A stretch of DNA of 64,000 nucleotides from Ruminiclostridium sp. GTDB lineage: Bacteria; Bacillota; Clostridia; Oscillospirales; Ruminococcaceae. This document shows, piece by piece, positions 1 to 8,233 of the stretch (positions are counted from its first letter, which is position 1; every line of letters starts with the position of its first letter). Made by a program: the position numbers and the translations under genes. The notes under the pieces are model-generated. The model was not told where the DNA came from, did not search any database, and saw only the letters and a list, made by a program, of their open reading frames with translations. The stretch spans positions 4,392 through 68,391 of the forward strand of contig JAIKZF010000044.1 of assembly GCA_024682455.1 (NCBI GenBank), given 5' to 3'.

Positions 1-666
1 CTCGCAGGGCAGGAGCTTGAATACCGCCGCGACGCATACCGCGAACAGCAGGGCGTATACCGCCGTGTGGAGCGGAGGCATCTTAACGTCCTTGTGCTCA
101 CCCGCCGGACAGGCGGTCTTCGGGATCAGCAGCGACAGCAGGAACAGGCATACAAGGCTCAGAGCTCCGGCAGGCAGCATGGTCTGCGCGAACTGCGCGG
201 CGCTAAGTCCGTAACGGTCGAAGATGTACAGGTTCTGTGGGTTGCCTATCGGCGTCATCATGCTGCCGAGGTTCGCGGCCACGGTCTCAAGCACTGTCGT
301 GAGTATGCGGCTCCGTTCGTCCCCGGTCTCCGAGAACGCCATGAGAGTCAGCGGTACGAAGGTTATGAGAGCCACATCGTTTGTCACGAGCATGGAGGAG
401 AAGAAGCAGAGAAATATGAATATCTGCGCCAGATGCCGCTGAGTCCCGGCGCGTCTGAGCAGAGCGGCGGTAAGCTTCTCGAAGAGCCTCACGCTCCGCA
501 GTCCCGCCACAGCCGTCATCAGAGCGAACAGCTCCGCGAGAACGCCGAAGCTGCAATAGTCCGCGTACCTGACGTCCGGCGGGATAAAGAACATCGTTAT
601 CACAGCCGCCGCGCACGCTATCACGAGCACGGGCTGCGAACGGCAGAACATCGTTACTTTTGTCAT
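1..666 (-). CDS. ArsB/NhaD/SLC13-type (citrate transporter family) permease, 3' end outside the window
   Basis: Not in the ORF track; read manually from ATG at 666: MTKVTMFCRSQPVLVIACAAAVITMFF...FFSSMLVTNDVALITFVPL...ETVAANLGSMMTPIGNPQNLYI. The TND and ANLGS-TPIGNPQN motifs are IT-superfamily signatures. Confidence 0.85.
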   Translation of the reverse strand, partial: MTKVTMFCRSQPVLVIACAAAVITMFFIPPDVRYADYCSFGVLAELFALMTAVAGLRSVRLFEKLTAALLRRAGTQRHLAQIFIFLCFFSSMLVTNDVALITFVPLTLMAFSETGDERSRILTTVLETVAANLGSMMTPIGNPQNLYIFDRYGLSAAQFAQTMLPAGALSLVCLFLLSLLIPKTACPAGEHKDVKMPPLHTAVYALLFAVCVAAVFKLLPCE

Positions 667-908
667 TGTCTCATTATCTCTTTTCTGTCCGGAAAATGTT
701 CATACACATTGTCCGAAGCGCTTACATTCGTTCGGGCACCACGATATTATAGCACAGCGCTGAGCGAAAATCGAGTGCTTTTGCAAAACTTGCGGAAAAA
801 AGTCAAAAACAAATCGAGCTGTAATTTGACCGGTAACCGGAGTTGCGCAATTTCAATAAAAGTTATTGCCATAATTTATAGAAAACATATAATCTGACCA
901 TAGCTCTA

Positions 909-937
909 TTGACAAAGATATGGTAAAGTGCTATGAT
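909..937 (+). promoter_or_regulatory. sigma-A promoter of the pseudokinase-LRR gene
   Basis: TTGACA(909-914)-17 bp-TATGAT(932-937) with extended TGn. Confidence 0.75.
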
Positions 938-1024
938 ATATAGTATCCTCGTGCTGGAGTGTCTCTTCTTTTTCAGCATGCAGGGGAAATTGCCGTGGAG
1001 GAACGGCAAAAAGGAGAACAGGAT

Positions 1025-3151
1025 ATGAATATATGCTACAACTGCTTCTATAACTTCGACGGCAGCACCACCTGTCCGTACTGCGGCTATGACCCCGCCA
1101 TGGATAACGGCAAGTTCCGCAATGCGCTGCCTCACGGCTCTGTGCTGAACAACAAGTTCATCCTCGGCCGTGTTATCGGACACAGCGTATACGGATATAC
1201 ATATATCGCCGAGGACGACAATGCCGATAAGAAGGTAGTTGTGAAGGAATACCTCCCCGATGCGTACGCTTCGAGAGGCGGAGATAAAAATGTAGTACCC
1301 GGAACGGGCGAGAACGGTGAGAACTTCGCTTTCGGACTGAAGCAGTTCACCGAGGAGGCAAAGACCCTCGGCCGCCACAAGACTGACGCGTGCATCGTCA
1401 AGGTATCTCCCGCGTTCCCCGAGAACGGCACTTCATATTATGTGGTGGATTTCGTTAAGGGCAGGAACCTTGTGGACTATATGCGTGAAAAGGGCGGAAG
1501 GCTCTCATGGGAAGAGACCGAGAGCATATTTATGCCTATAATAGACAATATCGCGGTGATCCAGTCCCAGTCCGTGACGCATACCGAGATCACGCCCGAC
1601 AATATAATGATAACCCCCGACGGCAAAGTGAAGATACTCGGCTTCGGCTCCGCGAGAGTAGCTCTCGCGAAGAAGCTCAGCGGCAAAAAGAGCGCCTTTG
1701 CCGACGCTTATTCGATAGCTGCGGCAATGTACTACGCGCTGACCGGCGCCGTGCTGCCCGATCAGACCGAGCGTAAGAAGAACGACCGCATAGCGCTGCC
1801 CTCGCAGCTCGGAGCTGTTCTGCCCCAGGGCAAGGAGGCCGCAATAATGTACGCGCTCGGACCGGATTCCGAGTACAGATACCAGAGCCTTGAAGCATTC
1901 CGCAAGGATCTGCTCACCCTGACGGAAGCCCCGAAGGCTCCCAAGGCGTCAGCCGCTCCGAAGGCTCAGAAGTCCGCTCCGTCACGCCCCGCGGCTTCGT
2001 CCGCCCAGAGCAGACAGGGAGCACAGAAAAAGGGACTGCCGAAGTTCGTCATTCCCGTGGCTTTTGCCGCCGTGGCTCTTATCGCGATCATCGCGGTAGT
2101 CGCAGGCAGAAATTCCGGAAACAAGATCGAGACCTCCGAAAGTACCGCGGCGACATCCGCCGTGCAGAATACCGAGCCCGAGGATACAGAGGGCATCACC
2201 GAGGATACGGCTGCAGCCGATACGGAGGATTCGGTGTTCGAGACAACGGCCGATGCCGACAGCTCCGCATCCGAAACGAAAAAGACTTCAAGAACAAAAA
2301 GAACGACCAGAACGACTAAGCCCGAGGACGAGCCGTCCGAGGAGGATACGACCGAGACCGCTTCCGAGGATACCACGGCTCCGGTATTCGTCGTGACCAC
2401 AGCCGCAACGACTACGAGGATCGAGACCTCCTACGGTCCGCCTCCCGGATACAGCACTCCCAATATGAGAACGACCACGGCTCCGGTGACGACCGCCGCT
2501 CCCGAGCCCGAGAAGGTCGAGTTTGATTACGATATAGAAAACGGCGGAGTTATCCTGAAAAAATACACGGGCTCCAGTGTAAACATCGAGATACCGAGAC
2601 GTATAGAGGGCAAGCCCGTAAAGACGCTCGCAAGGAACCTGTTCCGCGGCAATACGACTATCCAGTCCGTGTCCATACCGACAGGCGTATCGACCATAGG
2701 CGAGGAAGCGTTCGCGATGTGCACGAGCCTTGTGACCGTGAAAATACCCGATACCGTTGATTCGCTGGGCTCCGACCTGTTCCGTTCATGCAGCTCGCTG
2801 AAGAATGTGACGCTTCCGTCGGGTCTCCAGTTGATACCCGCGCGTCTCTTCAAGGACTGCACAAGCCTGATAAACGTAACTATTCCCGAGACCGTTACAT
2901 TTATCGACTCCTACGCATTCTGCGGCTGCACGTCGCTGCTTAAGATCACTATACCCGCAAGAGTAGAGTATATCGCGGGCGGCGCGTTCGATAACTGCCA
3001 CAGCATGACAAGAGCCGTATTCAAGGGCAGCAATACCGTTATGTCGCTCGGCGCGTTCACACAGTGCGTCAGCGTGACTATCTGGACCCCGAAGGACTCT
3101 CCCGTTGCCGAGACCGCCGAAAAGGACGGACTCCCCGTAAAATACAACTGA
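1025..3151 (+). CDS. membrane receptor: Zn-ribbon + Ser/Thr pseudokinase + TM + Thr-rich linker + BspA-type LRR (LRR_5)
   Basis: AAGGAG RBS before ATG 1025; CxxC..CxxC at the N-terminus; kinase fold with VVKE kept but HTE for HRD and GFG for DFG; TM FVIPVAFAAVALIAIIAVVAG; C-terminal IPxxVxxIGxxAFxxCxSL repeats. Confidence 0.85.
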   Translation: MNICYNCFYNFDGSTTCPYCGYDPAMDNGKFRNALPHGSVLNNKFILGRVIGHSVYGYTYIAEDDNADKKVVVKEYLPDAYASRGGDKNVVPGTGENGENFAFGLKQFTEEAKTLGRHKTDACIVKVSPAFPENGTSYYVVDFVKGRNLVDYMREKGGRLSWEETESIFMPIIDNIAVIQSQSVTHTEITPDNIMITPDGKVKILGFGSARVALAKKLSGKKSAFADAYSIAAAMYYALTGAVLPDQTERKKNDRIALPSQLGAVLPQGKEAAIMYALGPDSEYRYQSLEAFRKDLLTLTEAPKAPKASAAPKAQKSAPSRPAASSAQSRQGAQKKGLPKFVIPVAFAAVALIAIIAVVAGRNSGNKIETSESTAATSAVQNTEPEDTEGITEDTAAADTEDSVFETTADADSSASETKKTSRTKRTTRTTKPEDEPSEEDTTETASEDTTAPVFVVTTAATTTRIETSYGPPPGYSTPNMRTTTAPVTTAAPEPEKVEFDYDIENGGVILKKYTGSSVNIEIPRRIEGKPVKTLARNLFRGNTTIQSVSIPTGVSTIGEEAFAMCTSLVTVKIPDTVDSLGSDLFRSCSSLKNVTLPSGLQLIPARLFKDCTSLINVTIPETVTFIDSYAFCGCTSLLKITIPARVEYIAGGAFDNCHSMTRAVFKGSNTVMSLGAFTQCVSVTIWTPKDSPVAETAEKDGLPVKYN

Positions 3152-3159
3152 TAAAAAAC

Positions 3160-3200
3160 AAGTCCCCGATGATGTTCGATACATCATCGGGGACTTTTTT
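3160..3200. terminator. bidirectional intrinsic terminator between the convergent genes
   Basis: 16-bp perfect stem AAGTCCCCGATGATGT/ACATCATCGGGGACTT flanked by A and T runs. Confidence 0.9.
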
Positions 3201-6200
3201 CATTTCTTTTTCTTTTTCAGGAGAAGTCTTACCTTTTCCGCAGTGATCCGTCTCTTCTGCGAGACTATGACCTTTATCTGATCGTTCGTAAGGCGCTTCA
3301 TCTCCACAAGCGCGGTCGTCAGGTTGTCGAGGACGAGCCGTTTTCTTTCGATGAGCTCCGTCGAGTTTTTCATTTCGCGGTCGAGGATCGCATTTATGCG
3401 CCTGCGCAGTACCGTATCGGAAGGTTCAAGGGTACAGAGACCGTTTTCATCGTCCATGCCGAATCTGGTGAGGATAAGTCTGGCGTAACGGGTAGCGTCC
3501 TCGAGATCCTTGCTCGCTCCAGTGGTAAGTCCGTCCTCGCTGCCGTAATATACGAGCTCGGCGGCGCGTCCTCCGAGAGCGGTGCGTATCTTTGCGAGAA
3601 GGTCTGCGCGTGTAAGTCTTGTGCCCTCGATGTCGTCAGAGGCGGGCATCATATATCCGCCGAAGTTCTCGCGGGCTTCTATCGTAAGATAAGAGGGCAC
3701 GAAGCCGGTCTCCAGATAATTCACGGTATGACCGCACTCGTGTATCGCGGTGTGACGCAGAGATTCCTCGTCGGGACGGTTTTTCTCCTCGCCGTAGAGC
3801 ATCACCTCGAACGCTGTCATCAGAATATCGCCGTTCAGTTCGACATTCAGCTTTGCGGCGTCATTCACGGCGTTCTCCACTATGGTCTTGAGATTTGCCG
3901 GGCTCTGGTCAATGGCTCTCTCGGCAATATTGTCTATGATATCCGGCGAGACATCGTTGTTCGGTATTTTGCCGATGAACGCGGTGAGCAGCGCTACTCT
4001 GCCTTTCTTGTCGGGCAGATCAATCTTGAGCTTCTTATTGAATCTGCGTACGAAGCCCGAGTCGAGCTCGGCTATGCCTCCGTCGCCCTTCTTTATGCCA
4101 AAGTTGGTCGCCGCGATGACCACTACCGGGTTCTTGGAGTGGGTGTCGAAGCCGTCCATTTCCGTGAACAGCGCTTCGAGAGTAGATTCCTCCAGATGTG
4201 TCATTTCAGAGCCCGTGCGCATTTTTCCTATGGCGTTGACCTCGTCGATGAATACGATCGCGGGAGCGTTGTTTCTTGCCTTGTCGAACAGCTCGCGGAT
4301 CGCGGTGGGACCCGAGCCCGCGTACTTCGTGACGAACTCGCTGGCGTTGCAGGCCAGGAAGGACACGCTGCTCTCACCGGCGGTCGCGCGGGCGAGCATA
4401 GTCTTACCGGTGCCGGGCGGTCCGTACATGAGCACGCCTTTCGGTGCGACAAAGCCCTTTGCTCTGTATTTCACGGGGTCTCCCAGATAGTTCACTACGG
4501 TGCGCAGCTCGTCAACGGCCTTATCCAGACCTACGATATCGGAGAACCTGTCTGCGGGCTTTTCCGCCCCGCTGAGCAGATTTGCGTTGAATTCGGGTAT
4601 AAGACCGAAGCTTATCTTCTCCGGCGTGTAATCCGACGATATGTTCCTGAAATTGCGAAGCTCCAGCGTGATGCTCTTTTCAGCCTCATTCGGGTGCGGA
4701 GCGGTCTCGAAGGTGATGATCTTGTTTGTCGAGTCAAGGTCGTCCGCAATTTCAAGCATAAAGGATTCGGACGTTATCATGTTGATCGTTTCTTCGAGCT
4801 CATCGGTATCGTCTTCCTCGGGCATTATGATCTTATCCCTGACGCCCTCGGCGATAAACGCCCGGAGAAGGGTGTCGGGGTATTCGTCGATGTCCTCAAG
4901 AAGATACACTGGCATTTCCGGAAGACGCTCTATCACCGTGCTCAGGAGCTCGCGTCCCTTCTTGTACTTGCGCGCGGCGGGGGAGAGGTGGCTTGTTGCT
5001 TCCGGATCCTTATTTGTCGATTCATTCTTTTTGGTCTCGTCGGTTATCATAGCGTCTATGATGACCATATCTGTCTTGATGTCCTCGTCGCCGAGCATAG
5101 CGAGCGCTTCCTCCACGCTTGACGCGGCGTGGAAGTTTATGTCGGGCAGGTATTTTATCAGAGCATCGGTGCTGGCTTTTCTCGCGAATATCAGTACATT
5201 GGGCTTTATCTTGCTGCGGAAAAGCCTGCGGATAAGGTCTTTATCGTCCGTATCGTCTCCGCCGCTCCGGCCGGAGGCTTCCTCTACGATGAAGTGGAAG
5301 CTGTCGAAGTCTTTGATGCTGACTATTTTTCCGCTGTCGGTGCTTACGTTGCGCATATTGAAGAGCTTCATGACCTCTGACTCGAAGAACTTCACCACAT
5401 TTGTGCACAGATTGCGCGCGTCGAGCCTGCCGCCCTCGCGGAACATCAGCGACATCAGCACAGCCTTGTCCGCAGTCACGGTAATGCCGTATTCGTTCCT
5501 GAACCTGTCCGCCAGATCGTTGAACTGCTTTTCAGCTATCCTGATGAGCGTATGGGGGCTGAGGTGATTGAACACGATAGGATAGCCCATACCGAAACGG
5601 CTGACGAGCTCCGGCTTGAAATAGGGCTGACCGAAGCGCGGGTTTATCTCATGGCACAGGGCGTTGAGGAACAGCTTCGGCGGTATCTTTGAGCAGTTAG
5701 CTTTGAGCTTGCCGTTGTAGAGGCTCTTTCCGAGGTTTGTCGTGAAGATTATAGTTGTGTCGGCAAAGGAGACGGTCTCGTCGTAATAATTGTCCGTCAG
5801 CGTTCCGAGGTCGAGTATCGACAGGAACAGCTTATGTACGTTCTGATCCGCCTTTTCGATCTCGTCGAACAGCAGGACGGCATTGGGATTCTTCTTCACA
5901 AAGCCGGTCAGATGTCCCGGGAAGTGGTTCTGGAAGGTCTTCGCGTAGCCGGTGAGCATCTTGTGAGCAAGCTCGTCGGAATAGCTGCCCATATTGAAGG
6001 ATTTGAAAGGACGTTTGATAAGATCGGCGGCGGTCATAGCCAGGTAGGTCTTTCCTACGCCGGGAGGCCCCGCGAACAGATACACGGCGGAGGGTCTCTG
6101 TCTTTTCTTGTCGGCGCTGCCGAATACGCGCGCTCTCCACAGTCCCTCGCAGAAAGCGTTGACCGCATGCTCCTGACCCTTTATCGATCTGAGGAGCTCT

Positions 6201-7867
6201 GCTCTTATAATGCTAATTTCGTCGGTGATCTTGTCTATACGGTTTTTTCCGTCCATATTATCATCATCCTTGTCATCATGATCCGGAGCGTCGCTGCGGT
6301 CACTGTAATTTTCAGCGGTGTCAGTGTCTTCGGTGTCGTCATCATCATCTTCATCGTCATCTTCCTGACCCGGAGGGATTATCCTCATGGGGAGCAGGTT
6401 TGCGGGGTAATACTCCATGTGGCACAGGAACGGCTTGTATTTCTTCCGTCCCTGGGACTCACAGACGGATACGTCCTCCGACTCGGCGCTGAAAGAGGCG
6501 TACAGCTTCCCGTCAGGACTCATTATACGTATGTCCGGGGGATCGGTGAGGTTTTCGCCGGGTTCTGCCCACTTGTCGCCGATATCGCCGCCGAGGGGTA
6601 TCGAGCCTGTCATCATGCAGGTCTTTATATCTATGCTGACATATTTTTTCAGACCGGGGCAGGGTATGAGAAGCTCTTTCGAATCTTTACTGAACCTCAG
6701 CACAATTTCTTCGGGAGCATAGTTCCCGAAAACGGTATAGACCTTCCGTTCCCTGGTAGCGCCCTTTACAGCTCTTTCAAATTCGGAAAGGAAGTTTCTG
6801 CGGAATACGTTATCCGACCTGTCCAGCAGATCGAAGAGATCGGAATCGTCAAGCCTGTTATGCTGCCACAGGAACATACTGTAATTGAATTTAACGCCGC
6901 TGTGCATCGGGAAGTTTCTTGAAAGCTGTTTCCACAGCTCCTCCGCCTTATCGTCGCAGCCCGCGTCGGCAAGACACACCGCCCGGTTGCATATCGAGTT
7001 CGGCGATTCGCTGAATTTTTGATATTTTTCTGCCAGTATATTGAGTATGTTGTCGCCCGTTATCTGTAAAATGCCCCTCAGCGTATTCAGATCGCCGATG
7101 ATCTTCTCCGGAGTCGGTCTGTCATCGGGATCATGCATCAGGCAGCGGGAAAGGATCTGGTTGAACATATTGAAGTTTATGCGCATACCGTTCACGATCC
7201 TGTTCGGATCCGTGCTGTTGGTACGGCGCGGTATGCACTTCTTAAGCAGCGCGACCATGGTCAGCGCCCACGAGTAAATATCCGAGCTGTATGTGACCAG
7301 ATCGGCTGATATGCCGTTTGACAGGCTGTAATGCTCCGGTGAGGCAAAGTCGATCGAGTAACTCGGAGCGGAAACGGTGTACGCGTTCGTGAACCGTGTC
7401 AGCTTGACCGAGTCGTCTTCGCCGATGAGGATATTTCTCGGGCAGATACCTCCGTGCATGATAGATTTGTTGTTGTGTGCGTACTCTATCCCGATGATCG
7501 TTTTCTGCGCGATATTGAAGATACGCTTGAAGTCAATCACGTTGTCGGAGGTATATAGACTGCCGTCCGTTATCATATCATGCAGAGACCTGCCGCAGTT
7601 CTCTGTGAACATATACAGCTTGTTGTTCTCCCGTCTGACGCCGTAGCAGAACGCGATATACGGGTGTGATCCCAATTCGAAGGCCTCAAGGTAGTTTTCC
7701 TCGCATTTATCGGCTTCCGGCTCGTGGCAGATCACCTCGGTCATGGTCATATCCGTTTCCCATTCCATATCGCGCACCTTGTATTCCGTCTCTCTGTCGC
7801 TGAGCTTTACGGGTCCCCCTGTAACGCGGTATCTGGCGAAAAAAAGCTGATTTGTTTCTTCGCTCAT
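3200..7867 (-). CDS. 1555-aa fusion: pseudokinase-TPR + ClpB-D2-type AAA + receiver-like domain + FtsH-type AAA + M41 metallopeptidase
   Basis: Kinase-like HGGICPRNILI, ASPEHY, SDIYSW; Clp D2 motifs GQEHAV, GPPGVGKT, LLFDEIEKA, FKPELVSRF; FtsH motifs FSDIVG, PKGVLMYGPPGTGKT, FIDEVNAIG, EMDGF, VIAATN; protease motifs TAIHECGH, GGRAAE, TTGASKDL. No TM segment seen. Confidence 0.85.
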   Translation of the reverse strand: MSEETNQLFFARYRVTGGPVKLSDRETEYKVRDMEWETDMTMTEVICHEPEADKCEENYLEAFELGSHPYIAFCYGVRRENNKLYMFTENCGRSLHDMITDGSLYTSDNVIDFKRIFNIAQKTIIGIEYAHNNKSIMHGGICPRNILIGEDDSVKLTRFTNAYTVSAPSYSIDFASPEHYSLSNGISADLVTYSSDIYSWALTMVALLKKCIPRRTNSTDPNRIVNGMRINFNMFNQILSRCLMHDPDDRPTPEKIIGDLNTLRGILQITGDNILNILAEKYQKFSESPNSICNRAVCLADAGCDDKAEELWKQLSRNFPMHSGVKFNYSMFLWQHNRLDDSDLFDLLDRSDNVFRRNFLSEFERAVKGATRERKVYTVFGNYAPEEIVLRFSKDSKELLIPCPGLKKYVSIDIKTCMMTGSIPLGGDIGDKWAEPGENLTDPPDIRIMSPDGKLYASFSAESEDVSVCESQGRKKYKPFLCHMEYYPANLLPMRIIPPGQEDDDEDDDDDTEDTDTAENYSDRSDAPDHDDKDDDNMDGKNRIDKITDEISIIRAELLRSIKGQEHAVNAFCEGLWRARVFGSADKKRQRPSAVYLFAGPPGVGKTYLAMTAADLIKRPFKSFNMGSYSDELAHKMLTGYAKTFQNHFPGHLTGFVKKNPNAVLLFDEIEKADQNVHKLFLSILDLGTLTDNYYDETVSFADTTIIFTTNLGKSLYNGKLKANCSKIPPKLFLNALCHEINPRFGQPYFKPELVSRFGMGYPIVFNHLSPHTLIRIAEKQFNDLADRFRNEYGITVTADKAVLMSLMFREGGRLDARNLCTNVVKFFESEVMKLFNMRNVSTDSGKIVSIKDFDSFHFIVEEASGRSGGDDTDDKDLIRRLFRSKIKPNVLIFARKASTDALIKYLPDINFHAASSVEEALAMLGDEDIKTDMVIIDAMITDETKKNESTNKDPEATSHLSPAARKYKKGRELLSTVIERLPEMPVYLLEDIDEYPDTLLRAFIAEGVRDKIIMPEEDDTDELEETINMITSESFMLEIADDLDSTNKIITFETAPHPNEAEKSITLELRNFRNISSDYTPEKISFGLIPEFNANLLSGAEKPADRFSDIVGLDKAVDELRTVVNYLGDPVKYRAKGFVAPKGVLMYGPPGTGKTMLARATAGESSVSFLACNASEFVTKYAGSGPTAIRELFDKARNNAPAIVFIDEVNAIGKMRTGSEMTHLEESTLEALFTEMDGFDTHSKNPVVVIAATNFGIKKGDGGIAELDSGFVRRFNKKLKIDLPDKKGRVALLTAFIGKIPNNDVSPDIIDNIAERAIDQSPANLKTIVENAVNDAAKLNVELNGDILMTAFEVMLYGEEKNRPDEESLRHTAIHECGHTVNYLETGFVPSYLTIEARENFGGYMMPASDDIEGTRLTRADLLAKIRTALGGRAAELVYYGSEDGLTTGASKDLEDATRYARLILTRFGMDDENGLCTLEPSDTVLRRRINAILDREMKNSTELIERKRLVLDNLTTALVEMKRLTNDQIKVIVSQKRRITAEKVRLLLKKKKK

Positions 7868-7882
7868 CTTGGTTTTCCTTTC

Positions 7883-8233
7883 TTATCCCACATCTTTCGT
7901 AACGATCACATCAATGCCTGTACCGGCGGCGTTTTCGACCGCTGTGTCGCCGATGCGTGCCGGAAGCCTTATCACAGAGCTCTTGACGGCGCTCACAACA
8001 TCGAAGATCTTCTCCTTCGGCACCGCTGTGCGGGTCTTGACAGGAACGGGTACGCCGCTGTCCGACATTATCGTTGTGGTGACCATTCTTGTGGGTGCGG
8101 AAACTTCGGCCTCCGCGTATTTCCTGCCGATGCCGCAGGTGTTTCCTGTCACGCTGACAGCCCTGCCGTTTTCGACCTCCACAGTCAGCTCGCAGCCCAT
8201 CGGGCAGCCTATACATATCATATTCCGGGTCAT
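7883..8233 (-). CDS. DUF1667 family CxxC metal-binding protein
   Basis: ICIGCPMGC...GNTC...PTRMVTTT; usual third gene of the G3P-dehydrogenase-like triad. Confidence 0.85.
   Translation of the reverse strand: MTRNMICIGCPMGCELTVEVENGRAVSVTGNTCGIGRKYAEAEVSAPTRMVTTTIMSDSGVPVPVKTRTAVPKEKIFDVVSAVKSSVIRLPARIGDTAVENAAGTGIDVIVTKDVG

Noticed and set aside
67-897. 276-aa plus-strand ORF
   Set aside because: Antisense shadow of the minus-strand permease, which has clear family motifs.
3728-6922. Long plus-strand ORFs (464, 308 and 362 aa) opposite the giant gene
   Set aside because: Stop-poor antisense frames caused by GC-rich codon bias; no RBS or recognisable motifs.
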